Of a DNA stretch of 64,000 nucleotides, positions 22,001 to 31,455 are shown in pieces. Positions within the stretch are counted from its first letter, which is position 1; every line of letters starts with the position of its first letter. A program made the translations under genes and the position numbers. The notes under the pieces are model-generated. The model saw only the letters and a list, made by a program, of their open reading frames with translations, made no database searches and was not told the origin of the DNA. This stretch comes from a virus: IMG/VR virus record IMGVR_UViG_3300024336_000009, positions 7,795 to 71,794 of that record; one strand, written 5' to 3'.

Positions 22001-22438
22001 TTATACTCCCTTTAAATATTTCCGTTTTGTCTTTTTGTCCAGACCATATAGGTCTAAAATTTCTGTGACATCAGTTGTGGACATCATGCCCACATATTCT
22101 GTGACCTCAAGGATACTAACCTCATAATGCTTAGATAACAATTGAATGAAATCGGTATCATATTTCGCGGCCTGTTTGTTTTTGACATATTTTAACCACC
22201 GTTTACCCTTTGGCAACACATCAATGTAGAACTTATACACCATCTCTGGATCAAGAGTATATTTCTGTAATTCGTTGATGATTTCAATGAATGCGGGTTC
22301 CATCGATAAAAATCTGTGGATCATATATGTGCTCCATGTCTTGCGATCTTCTTCGGACAATGTGTCCCAATAACCTTTAGTCTGTTTTTCATTAATGTGG
22401 TTCACATGATCGAACAGCGTCTTTTTCTTTATAACCAT
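22001..22438 (-). CDS. Clamp loader small subunit (T4 gp62-like)
   Basis: LFDHVNHI, YMIHRFLSM, LPKGKRWLKY. Confidence 0.7.
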   Translation of the reverse strand: MVIKKKTLFDHVNHINEKQTKGYWDTLSEEDRKTWSTYMIHRFLSMEPAFIEIINELQKYTLDPEMVYKFYIDVLPKGKRWLKYVKNKQAAKYDTDFIQLLSKHYEVSILEVTEYVGMMSTTDVTEILDLYGLDKKTKRKYLKGV

Positions 22439-23115
22439 TAATTTATGCGTCTCCATTTGATACCAACCAATTGTACATTATTATTTATATGCCGACGTAT
22501 AGTGCCTCTACTTATTGAAAAATAATCAGCGGCATCCAATATACAATCAAAAATCATGCCAGTTGGTATATGTTCCACAACTATAGCATTTTGAGATAAC
22601 CCGCGCTTATTATTTAATTTTAAAGCCGATTCTCTCATTTTTTGTATGGAATGTTGTGTGTGTTTTTTCCCAATTTGGGATTTCTTTATCTTTTCAATGC
22701 TCGATTGTGTATGCTTTTTTCCATACATGGGATTGTTTTTACCATCGTGTTGCCCGATCATGCTTAATTTTATTTTCATTTTTGTGGATTCATTCCGTTT
22801 TTTATTATGCCAATGACCAATGCTTCCATCCGTATGAAACCCTTCAGTTGGAATATAATAATTTTCATTTAATGGATTGTCTATATCTTTACCAATCAAT
22901 TCACTTTCATATTCTATAGCGTTATTCATTGTGGTGAATCCAATTTTAATTATATATTTTATTAAGCTATCACGATTGATTGGAACTCATTTTTTCATAG
23001 ACCCCATATATTTATCGTCATTTGGATCACAATGGCAACCACGACTCCCGTAATAAAATTGATTGGTTTTAGGATCAACCACTTTGTACACATAATAATT
23101 TTTATTTATTTTCAT
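22438..23115 (-). CDS. GIY-YIG (Seg-like) homing endonuclease with NUMOD3 repeats, TGA=Trp at 22987
   Basis: YYVYKVVD...FYYGSR, YMGS, AIEYE, NPMYGKKHTQSS, GKKHTQHS. Confidence 0.75.
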
Positions 23116-23248
23116 TCTTTTTATCCTGATACTTGCGTTTGGATTCTTCAAGAACTTTCTCGCGATTTCTCCAGTACCAATCCATGCGTTGTTTCCGCTT
23201 GGCGTCCTGAAGTTCTTCGTCGGTATTATACTTCTTTTTTCTGCCCAT
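23102..23248 (-). CDS. Small basic helical protein (MGRKKKYNTDEELQDAKRKQRMDWYWRNREKVLE...), copy 2
   Basis: Paralog of 19629..19796; overlaps the GIY-YIG start. Confidence 0.65.
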   Translation of the reverse strand: MGRKKKYNTDEELQDAKRKQRMDWYWRNREKVLEESKRKYQDKKNENK

Positions 23249-23321
23249 GTTCCCGTTCCTCTTTATATATAAGTATCATCCAATCCAATAAAAATCCAAT
23301 AAAATTCCAACTATTTTTGAT

Positions 23322-23576
23322 TTATTTTAATTCGTCTGGATTTAAATCGCCAAGCATATCGGCGTTTACAGCACCGCAATTTCCACATGACATTATTGGG
23401 ATTTGAAGTAATTCTTCTTTACCACTTGGACTCATTAAAGCCGATACCCTTTTCATCATAAATGACTGAATGAATAATACATTCTCGCATTCATCACATT
23501 TTAAGGTTTCGGCTTGTGCAAGGTCCAGTTTGACTGGAGCCTTTGGTAGGGGTTTTCTTGGATTTAATTGACTCAT
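23322..23576 (-). CDS. Small Zn-ribbon protein
   Basis: CDEC...CGNC; GAGG RBS. Confidence 0.65.
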   Translation of the reverse strand: MSQLNPRKPLPKAPVKLDLAQAETLKCDECENVLFIQSFMMKRVSALMSPSGKEELLQIPIMSCGNCGAVNADMLGDLNPDELK

Positions 23577-23609
23577 AACATTTTCCTCTCAAGTATAAAT
23601 ATATACTAA

Positions 23610-24377
23610 TTAAATAAACTTATTGATTTTCTTTTTTTTATCTGGAATTACTTCGATGACTTTCATCTCATAATCGTTGTCTTTTGGATATGGCAGGTTT
23701 GGATATTTGAACTTAGATTTCAACAATCTATTTTCCCGTTTGTTTCCCAACAAATACAAATACCTATATTTAGGAGACGATTTCTTAATGTAGAACGGCT
23801 TGTCCAATACACTTTTCAATCCATCCTTACCAGCAAATCCGAATTTGATATGCACCGACCTTGGGTGCATCCATTCATACGGGTCTTTCGTTAATGAAGT
23901 CCATATCGCTCCACCAGGTTCTGGACATTGAAACATCCAATTTGTAGATTGATAAACGTACCCAATATGACCCGCTTCGGGATCGGCATAACTGACCAAT
24001 ATTTTCACCTTAGGCCGGTTTTCCTTTAACCATTTGAACGACTGACCTATGACATAACTTTCAATATTCTTGCCATAACCATCATGTATAAACAACCGTA
24101 ACAATTCACATATATTGGTAGATTTGATATTTTCATCTTCTACAATGGAATTTATTACATGCCTACCAACTGGATATCCATACATTATACAACCTATCAA
24201 TTTTTCATCATCATCGAAAAACTTGCTTGTATCATCACCCCTATAATATACCCCCAGAGCATCTTGCAATGTCCCAGGTGCCTTATGGGTATAATGATAT
24301 TTTTTGATTATGTCAATAGCTGTCTTTTTGTCAATTGGTCTCAGACTAACTTTCGACGTGTCCGTATATTTTTCCAT
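23610..24377 (-). CDS. Mom-like GNAT-fold DNA modification enzyme, paralog 2
   Basis: HYTH, ELLRLFI, SYADPEAGHIGYVYQSTNW, KYRY. Confidence 0.75.
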   Translation of the reverse strand: MEKYTDTSKVSLRPIDKKTAIDIIKKYHYTHKAPGTLQDALGVYYRGDDTSKFFDDDEKLIGCIMYGYPVGRHVINSIVEDENIKSTNICELLRLFIHDGYGKNIESYVIGQSFKWLKENRPKVKILVSYADPEAGHIGYVYQSTNWMFQCPEPGGAIWTSLTKDPYEWMHPRSVHIKFGFAGKDGLKSVLDKPFYIKKSSPKYRYLYLLGNKRENRLLKSKFKYPNLPYPKDNDYEMKVIEVIPDKKKKINKFI

Positions 24378-25180
24378 TAAATGAACTTCCCGAATTTACC
24401 ACTTTCTTCGACCTCAATTTTCCTGATTTCTTCTTCTCCATCAGCTTCAGTTGGGTACGGGTGAAATGGATGTTTTAACAATTTCATTAACCGGCGCTTC
24501 TCTCGTTTATCGGTTAGGAATTGAATATACCTATGCTTGATGCATTCTCGTTTCATCCAAAATGTCTGGCCGACTGCCTTTTTCATTTTCTCTACAGCTA
24601 CTGGAGTTGGATATGGAGTGACCCCATATCTTGAAAATACAGTCCTGCTGTGAATCCAATCATACGGATCATCTGAAAGTGATATTGGATAATTATCCAT
24701 CAATTTCATATCTTCAGCTTTCTGATAACCCCAGTTGGTGGCTTTGTATATTCCACCAACATGACCCTGTGCTGGATCGGCATAACTGATTAATAGTTTG
24801 ATGTCTGGCATGTTTTCCTTTAGCCATTTGAATGACTGACCAATAACAAAGCTTTCAATATTTTTACCATAACCATCATGTATAAATAATCGAGTGAGTT
24901 CCAATACACTCTTGTGCGGGTCCATTGTATCATCATTCACTACTGATGCGGCGGCCCTGCGACCGACTGGATTTCCATATATGATACACCCAATCAACTT
25001 TTCATCTTCGGCATCTAGAAACTTATGACCCCCACCAGTTTTATAAAATACACCCAATGGTGCCTGAGTTGATGCCGGCCATGCATGGCTGTAATGGTAT
25101 TTTACAATCATTCGCTTGGCGAGAGCAATCGTAATCGGTCTCAGTTCCACCTTCGATGTATCTACATATTTTTCTTCCAT
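24377..25180 (-). CDS. Mom-like GNAT-fold DNA modification enzyme, paralog 1
   Basis: HYSH, ELTRLFI, SYADPAQGHVGGIYKATNW, KHRY. Confidence 0.75.
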   Translation of the reverse strand: MEEKYVDTSKVELRPITIALAKRMIVKYHYSHAWPASTQAPLGVFYKTGGGHKFLDAEDEKLIGCIIYGNPVGRRAAASVVNDDTMDPHKSVLELTRLFIHDGYGKNIESFVIGQSFKWLKENMPDIKLLISYADPAQGHVGGIYKATNWGYQKAEDMKLMDNYPISLSDDPYDWIHSRTVFSRYGVTPYPTPVAVEKMKKAVGQTFWMKRECIKHRYIQFLTDKREKRRLMKLLKHPFHPYPTEADGEEEIRKIEVEESGKFGKFI

Positions 25181-25315
25181 AATGTCCTATACCACGGCCT
25201 AATTCTAGGCCATATCGTTTTACTACATCCAATGCCATAATCTTTTAAATATTTTATATGAATTCCACCACTATCAGAAAATATTAAGATATAGTATTCT
25301 GTTCTTAACTGTTTT

Positions 25316-25504
25316 TTATTTTTCCAAATTGGGATTGTCAATTCCATTGTCTATTGTCCTCCACACAGTTCCATATACCAATATCTCTTTATCGTCATCA
25401 TATATATGCCTTGTGATTGTTTCATATGATCTATTTGAAGGGGGTTGCTCATAATCCCACGATGTCCATTCGCCCAAAATTCTTAATTGTTTCTTTTTTG
25501 GCAT
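25316..25504 (-). CDS. Small hypothetical protein
   Basis: 62-aa ORF directly after the clamp-loader gene. Confidence 0.4.
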   Translation of the reverse strand: MPKKKQLRILGEWTSWDYEQPPSNRSYETITRHIYDDDKEILVYGTVWRTIDNGIDNPNLEK

Positions 25505-25515
25505 TATTTATATTC

Positions 25516-26442
25516 CTATTTTATTTCATCCAATAATCTGATCATCATTGCCATGAAATTAATTTCCTTATCAGGCACCATATTGTCATACTTCATACCT
25601 TCCGCCAGTATTAGTATAGTTTGAGCGATATGACCTTTGGCGTAGCTATCAATTTCTGAATATAACATCGCATAAACCTCTGCGAAATCTCGAATTGAAT
25701 TGTTAGCTACCAATTGTCTAACATTGGTAAATGCGTTCTTTTTATCTTGATTCTTCAGAATGTCCACAATTTTGAGTTTGTAGTCATTCTCTACAATAGA
25801 CCGCCTATCCAGTCTCAATTGACCGTTGATAGATTGTTTTTGTAGTGCATTGATTGTACCCCTGATGTCTGGATATTTACTATTCACGATCATCGCGATA
25901 TCTTCGGCGGTATGTTTGATATTTTCCTTAACCAATATTCCACTGGAATGTATGGCTACTTCCTTTTTGGAAGGTGGATATACTTCAAACATTTGACATC
26001 GACTTTGAATCGCATCCAGAATTCTCTCTGGGAAATTACAAGTCAATATGAATCTAGTATTTAACGCGTATGTTTCCATCGCATTTCTTAATGATGCCTG
26101 AGCATTTATTGTTAGAAAATCACACTCATCCAATATGACCAATTTTAATTCGCTGAATCCAACACTACTGGCAAATGGGATGATATCATTTCTGATGTAA
26201 TCTACCCCACCTTTATCCGAAGCATTGATATACAAGTAATCGCATTCAATTGTATTATATATGATTTTAGCTAATGTGGTTTTACCAGTACCAGCCTTAC
26301 CATGAAATAACAGGTGTGGCGGATCATTGGTTTCAAGATACATATTGATCTTTTCCTTTAGATGTTCGTTGCCCACAAATGTGTCCATTGAATCTGGTCG
26401 ATATTTCTCCACGAAAATCGTGTGATCTTTATTTCTAACCAT
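25516..26442 (-). CDS. Clamp loader AAA+ subunit (RFC small/T4 gp44-like)
   Basis: VEKYRP, GKAGTGKT, LDECD, IQSRC. Confidence 0.92.
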   Translation of the reverse strand: MVRNKDHTIFVEKYRPDSMDTFVGNEHLKEKINMYLETNDPPHLLFHGKAGTGKTTLAKIIYNTIECDYLYINASDKGGVDYIRNDIIPFASSVGFSELKLVILDECDFLTINAQASLRNAMETYALNTRFILTCNFPERILDAIQSRCQMFEVYPPSKKEVAIHSSGILVKENIKHTAEDIAMIVNSKYPDIRGTINALQKQSINGQLRLDRRSIVENDYKLKIVDILKNQDKKNAFTNVRQLVANNSIRDFAEVYAMLYSEIDSYAKGHIAQTILILAEGMKYDNMVPDKEINFMAMMIRLLDEIK

Positions 26443-26448
26443 TACTTA

Positions 26449-27168
26449 TTATCCTACGTTTTCGGCTGCTGCCATGAAATATACAACTTCATAATCATCG
26501 ACATTGAATGTCATTTTAGCCAAGCCCTCTGAGCTGATTTCCATAAGACCGCTTTTACATTCACGGTTGTTAATCAGAATATCTCTGAATATATTAGCAT
26601 TGAATGACACCTTATCAATTGATTCAAATACTTCAGTATCCACTGGAACGATGACCCTATCGGTATTAATTGAAGCATATCCAATTACCAAATTAACAGA
26701 ATCGTTATCCGTAACTACTGTGAAATTATCAACTTCTGATAGAGCGCCCTTACCCTTAACAAACTTATTAATGAAGCTTGAATCCAGATTCAATTTAAGA
26801 TTGAATGGTGGAATATATTTAAGTGGTGGTACGGTCGGGATAACTGATAAGTCCGATAACATTAAATTTACCGTTGAACTGTTATCAGAAATCTTCAGCG
26901 TAATCGCTGTATCGGATGATTTCAACAATGACAATTTAACATCATTATCCAAAACTGCCAACAATTTTAAGAATTTTTCGGTATCTAAAATACCAATTTG
27001 AGATTTTTCAAAACCCCAATTTTTCATTTTGATCGTGCCCAATAGACCCCGATCCGCGGTGACGAATTCAGCCTTTAATGTTTCACCATCGCTGTTCATC
27101 GAAACTGATTGCACATTTCCATTCAAATGGTATTTTTGAATAAACCGTACTAATTTTGCTTTTTCCAT
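26449..27168 (-). CDS. Sliding clamp (gp45/PCNA-like)
   Basis: 239 aa, beta-rich, lies between PolB and the clamp loader; ISSEGLAKMTF. Confidence 0.7.
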   Translation of the reverse strand: MEKAKLVRFIQKYHLNGNVQSVSMNSDGETLKAEFVTADRGLLGTIKMKNWGFEKSQIGILDTEKFLKLLAVLDNDVKLSLLKSSDTAITLKISDNSSTVNLMLSDLSVIPTVPPLKYIPPFNLKLNLDSSFINKFVKGKGALSEVDNFTVVTDNDSVNLVIGYASINTDRVIVPVDTEVFESIDKVSFNANIFRDILINNRECKSGLMEISSEGLAKMTFNVDDYEVVYFMAAAENVG

Positions 27169-27218
27169 TATAACTCCTGTTTCTTTATATATACATATTA
27201 ATCAAATGTCTCAAACGA

Positions 27219-29720
27219 TTAAAAAAATCGATCCATTGAGAATTTTTTATCTATCGGCTGTTGCCAATCAATGGCATCATATATCGATACGATCTTATTC
27301 AAGAATATACTATCATACATCTTGTCCCGATCGACATATTCATAGATGAAATCCATGATCTCTTTGGGGTCCTCATGACCCTTATATGCCACACTGTTCA
27401 GCCCGAGGTTATTCTTTTTCAAATATACCCACTTGACTTTATCGCCAGCGCCTATTAATTGATATTTCTTTTGTTGGTTGAAATGCTTAACCAAATCATT
27501 GTAAATAATTGATGATTTCACATGAATTGGGCAACCAGTTCTCCAAGTAGAAAATCCATCTTTATGTGTAACCAAATACTTTTTGATATTCTTAACCCCA
27601 GTTGGCTTTGCCACGTCTTCCACTTTCAAATATTTCATATTGTTTTTATATTCAATAATACGTTCATCAATTTTTTCCTTTGGAACGTCCGCTAGAATGT
27701 CACTCAATACTTCACCCAACAATTTTCTATATGATTGTGGAAAATCACTGCGTACAACTGCCAATCCTTTGTACACCGTTTTGTCAACTTTTACCCCATT
27801 GTCATTGATTACACGCAATCCGTAATTCTTTTTGGCGTTGACAAATATAGCCGACTTTGCAATCAATTCCTGCTTAATCTCAAATCGATGCTCACCCGAT
27901 ATGTTACAAAATCGTTTGGCAAAATAATCATATGACTTATTAATAAATTTTTGTGTATCATCGGCAACCGTTAAAATGTATTGAGATAACATCACATCAC
28001 TAAACTTTTTATCGCCATATCTACCTTTCACCATAGGAATTGAAGATATAAAAAGTGAATCGGTGTCGATATATATTACATAATCTTTATCCGTGCCCAA
28101 TTCTGTATTGTAGTAATGATTAGCGATTTGTTTTGAGAATCCAATTAAGTCTCGCCCAGTCGCCGTAACAGCAAGTGCCGACTCAAAATCATGGAATCTC
28201 CAACCCTGTAACCCAATTACACCAAATAGACTATTAAGCAGAATTTTCTGAATATGTTGTCGCCTATTGAAATATGAATATTTTTCATTGTCACCAGCGT
28301 CTGCATACTTTTTAGCAAGTCCCCTATATTCAACACGTTCTTCAAACCACCTCTTTAATATAGTTGAAAATAGCCCATCCCTATCAGTACTATACATTAT
28401 ACCATTCGCGGATATCGAAACTCCCTTTTCGTCAAAGAATGCTTGCAACTCATCTTGATCCAGAGATTGTGCGGCAGATTTACCATATTTTACTGTGTAC
28501 GTTTTTGGTTTCTTCTTTACAAAATCTGGAGCATCCCACCCATCAATTTTACCCATTTTGGTCTCTGGAGAAATGTTTAGTGACATAATTATACTAGGAT
28601 ACATTGATGTCAAATCCAAATCGTAGACCCATGCATGGCGACCTTTTTTCGGCTTTTGAACGTGAGCACCCTCAAATTGAATTCCTTCTTTCCAACCTTC
28701 CCTCTCAGGTTTGTTTGGTGAAATGACTCCCAATTTCTTCAAGTGAACAAGGATTGCTGACTCAAGATACCTACTATCCAAATATATGTCGTCATACGGC
28801 ACGTGACCTTTATGACATATACCACGAGCGATTTCTATGAAATTCAACTTATCATCCATCATCTTGATTAGCCTAACATCATGGATGTTGTATTCAACAA
28901 ATTTTAATATATCATTTTCATATAATTCATTCAATGTACCGTCATATTCAATTTTACGCTCGCCCAATTCAAAATCGGCTATAGCATCCAATCGATATGA
29001 TGCCTGTTGTGTAAATGTAAACTTTTTATACAATTGTAAGTAGTCCAATGTAGCTACACCAGCTATCCTATACACACCCCTAAAATCACTCCAATGCACG
29101 TGGCCGATTGGAGATAAACAATTGGCTACATCTTCATCCAATACATTACATGCTCTGTTGTATAGATATGTTACATCAAATCGATCAACATTCCAACCAG
29201 TTATTATTGATGGATTTATTTCAAGATATATCTGAAAAAATCTATTCAATAAATAGACTTCAGTATCAAATACTTCTGTATTTATTTCCTTAGTAACCGA
29301 TGGTTTTACAATACCCTTGCCATTTTCCAATACCAAAGCATGATATTTATCGGCAACAAAATCGTATATCGATATAGCCGTAACCTTATTTTCAGCCAAT
29401 GTCGCTGTTGGAAATCCATCAGTAACTTCGACCTCAATATCAATAATAATGGTTCTGTGACCCTTTGAAGGTTCATCATCATTGGTGTATAAATCAATTA
29501 ATGTTCTAGTTTCTGGGTGCACATCACTTTCAAATAATCCAGTAGTAGTTTTGTCCCACTTGTGAATTTTCTTAAGTCTATCACCATATAATGATGTGTA
29601 CGCACCATTTCTATCTTTTATATATCCATAACGTCTGTATGGTGCGGTGAAATATCCACGTTGATCATCCCAGATGTGTAGTTTTCGCTTTTCAGCTTCG
29701 AAAAATATCCCTTGATACAT
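27219..29720 (-). CDS. Family B DNA polymerase (gp43-like)
   Basis: DIEV exo I, GWNV..FD, YNIHD, DLTSMYPS, KILLNSLFG, YIDTDS. Confidence 0.95.
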   Translation of the reverse strand: MYQGIFFEAEKRKLHIWDDQRGYFTAPYRRYGYIKDRNGAYTSLYGDRLKKIHKWDKTTTGLFESDVHPETRTLIDLYTNDDEPSKGHRTIIIDIEVEVTDGFPTATLAENKVTAISIYDFVADKYHALVLENGKGIVKPSVTKEINTEVFDTEVYLLNRFFQIYLEINPSIITGWNVDRFDVTYLYNRACNVLDEDVANCLSPIGHVHWSDFRGVYRIAGVATLDYLQLYKKFTFTQQASYRLDAIADFELGERKIEYDGTLNELYENDILKFVEYNIHDVRLIKMMDDKLNFIEIARGICHKGHVPYDDIYLDSRYLESAILVHLKKLGVISPNKPEREGWKEGIQFEGAHVQKPKKGRHAWVYDLDLTSMYPSIIMSLNISPETKMGKIDGWDAPDFVKKKPKTYTVKYGKSAAQSLDQDELQAFFDEKGVSISANGIMYSTDRDGLFSTILKRWFEERVEYRGLAKKYADAGDNEKYSYFNRRQHIQKILLNSLFGVIGLQGWRFHDFESALAVTATGRDLIGFSKQIANHYYNTELGTDKDYVIYIDTDSLFISSIPMVKGRYGDKKFSDVMLSQYILTVADDTQKFINKSYDYFAKRFCNISGEHRFEIKQELIAKSAIFVNAKKNYGLRVINDNGVKVDKTVYKGLAVVRSDFPQSYRKLLGEVLSDILADVPKEKIDERIIEYKNNMKYLKVEDVAKPTGVKNIKKYLVTHKDGFSTWRTGCPIHVKSSIIYNDLVKHFNQQKKYQLIGAGDKVKWVYLKKNNLGLNSVAYKGHEDPKEIMDFIYEYVDRDKMYDSIFLNKIVSIYDAIDWQQPIDKKFSMDRFF

Positions 29721-30059
29721 CTACTTAGATATCCCTGTAATTATAAGACCTACATTTGGATCACCAACACGACATTCAATCGCATTTATTTTGAAAAAAT
29801 TGGTATCATACATGATAACCTGACCAGATTTTACTGGATATTTATTGATATCTACCATGATGACCCGACCCCTGCCAACTATATGTGTATCAAGATCAAC
29901 ATCTTCGGTTAAAATTTCAACCGTTTTTGGTGGGGGTGTTAATCCAAGTGCATCACGCAACTGTTCCCACAACCTAATTTGTTCTGGCAAATCAATGTCA
30001 TTGGTTATCCAATGTGCCGATTCGTATATTTCCTTTGCGGCTTGTTCTAATTTATCCAT
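29721..30059 (-). CDS. Hypothetical protein
   Basis: 112-aa ORF in operon. Confidence 0.5.
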   Translation of the reverse strand: MDKLEQAAKEIYESAHWITNDIDLPEQIRLWEQLRDALGLTPPPKTVEILTEDVDLDTHIVGRGRVIMVDINKYPVKSGQVIMYDTNFFKINAIECRVGDPNVGLIITGISK

Positions 30060-30061
30060 TC

Positions 30062-31219
30062 TTATCTTCCCACTTCTTTTAAATACATTTCTTTACATTC
30101 ATCCCAAGTTACCCCTACGATATCACCATAAAATAATTTTTCGGGTTTGACTCTACCCTGTTCAACCACATTTCTATATCGTCTTATGGCTTTCTTTTTC
30201 CACCAACGATTGATATATTCATAATCCTGTTCGTATTTAAGCTTCATTTTCAACTCTGATTCTTCGATTTCATTCTTCAAGAATGGTATTGTATTATCAT
30301 ATATTGATGCAAAATATACACCCCTATGAAATCCATGCTCATAACCCCTGATCTTCAAATGACTGAATACTTTGTTTAACACATTCTGCTTGGGACCCGT
30401 TCCAGTGATAGCCTTTTCATATTGCTCTGGATGATTCTCTTTGAGCCATTTGTTCCATTTCATATATTCCGAATCGTCTGGCTTGATTCTGATCTTACCA
30501 GCTGATTCACCCATCGTTTTCCAATGGGGAATGCCATTATATTGTGAATGAATTCCGTACAATGATGTGGTAGTAACTCCGGCCAATACATCACCGTATA
30601 CTTCAAACCACTTATCCCTGATAGTTGATACCGTTGCCAATGTGGCTATCAATTTCCCACCAAGCATATTATACCCCAGCGGTTGAACCGATACAATTGT
30701 ACTGGCTATAGCTGTGTTATTCAACTTGTGTTCTACGAATTTATTATCTTTTGTCCAACCAATATAATCATCCCTGACCTTAATACTGGTGACATCAGAG
30801 CCCATTGATATTAGTCCTAACACTTTCCGAGTGACAGCATCCTTTACATAGAATTTCATATTTCTACCCGGATTAGCTGACCAATCCATTGTGTGAATTA
30901 ACATCCTGTACAATGACCAATCTGAAGCTTCATCACTTCCAGCATATTCTACTATCGGTTCGAGAGCTTCAATTTCCTTTACAGTCAATTCAACGTCATT
31001 AATGTCCGTTGGTGCCCATAACCTTTTTTCAAACACATCAAACAGATGTGCTTTTTCTCTGATTTTATACTCATTCTTATTGAACTCCTGCCATTTTTTG
31101 TATAGCGTTTGTTCTTCTACTGTCATAGAATGTAAAAAATCCAAGTTGTTTATTAAATTTTGTTTCTCTTCTTCAATATCAAATGGCTTGATATCAAAAA
31201 ACTTGTTTGAAAATGTCAT
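30062..31219 (-). CDS. DUF4338/Druantia DruA-like protein
   Basis: NPGRNMKF, RDDYIGW, PLGYNMLGGKL, TTTSLYG..SQYN, GESAG. Confidence 0.65.
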   Translation of the reverse strand: MTFSNKFFDIKPFDIEEEKQNLINNLDFLHSMTVEEQTLYKKWQEFNKNEYKIREKAHLFDVFEKRLWAPTDINDVELTVKEIEALEPIVEYAGSDEASDWSLYRMLIHTMDWSANPGRNMKFYVKDAVTRKVLGLISMGSDVTSIKVRDDYIGWTKDNKFVEHKLNNTAIASTIVSVQPLGYNMLGGKLIATLATVSTIRDKWFEVYGDVLAGVTTTSLYGIHSQYNGIPHWKTMGESAGKIRIKPDDSEYMKWNKWLKENHPEQYEKAITGTGPKQNVLNKVFSHLKIRGYEHGFHRGVYFASIYDNTIPFLKNEIEESELKMKLKYEQDYEYINRWWKKKAIRRYRNVVEQGRVKPEKLFYGDIVGVTWDECKEMYLKEVGR

Positions 31220-31244
31220 AACCTATTTTCCTTTGCATTAAAAG

Positions 31245-31316
31245 AGCGATTGGTAGGTCTCGAACCCACTCCTCTGATATGGAATACCAGCGTGCTACCT
31301 GTTACACTTCAATCGC
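31245..31316 (-). tRNA. tRNA-Gly(TCC), atypical (A8, A32/U38, A60; no encoded CCA)
   Basis: GCGATTG/CAATCGC acceptor, U73, D arm GTGT/GCAC, anticodon arm CTGGT-ATTCCAT-ATCAG, T arm GTGGG-TTCGAGA-CCTAC. Confidence 0.85.
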
Positions 31317-31327
31317 ATTTTATTTAG

Positions 31328-31399
31328 AGCGGCTGGAAGGTCTTGAACCAACTCCTTCAGCTGGAAAGCTGACATGCAATCCTGTTACACCTCAGCCGC
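31328..31399 (-). tRNA. tRNA-Gly-like RNA with 6-nt anticodon loop and two U-U mismatches in the T stem
   Basis: GCGGCTG/CAGCCGC acceptor, U73, TCAGC-TTTCCA-GCTGA, T arm GTTGG-TTCAAGA-CCTTC, A8. Confidence 0.75.
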
Positions 31400-31455
31400 A
31401 TATATAAATAGTATTAAATCTCCCAAAGACCCGATTTATTTTTCAAAATCATCAT

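Noticed and set aside
22438-23248. Leader ORF fused in frame to the GIY-YIG nuclease
   Set aside because: A frame check shows the leader ends at TAA 23102 and the nuclease starts at 23115 in a different frame.
31328-31399. Second tRNA as the opal suppressor or tRNA-Trp
   Set aside because: There is no TCA anticodon, CCA cannot be centred in a paired loop, and the acceptor identity is Gly. I saw no suppressor tRNA in this window.
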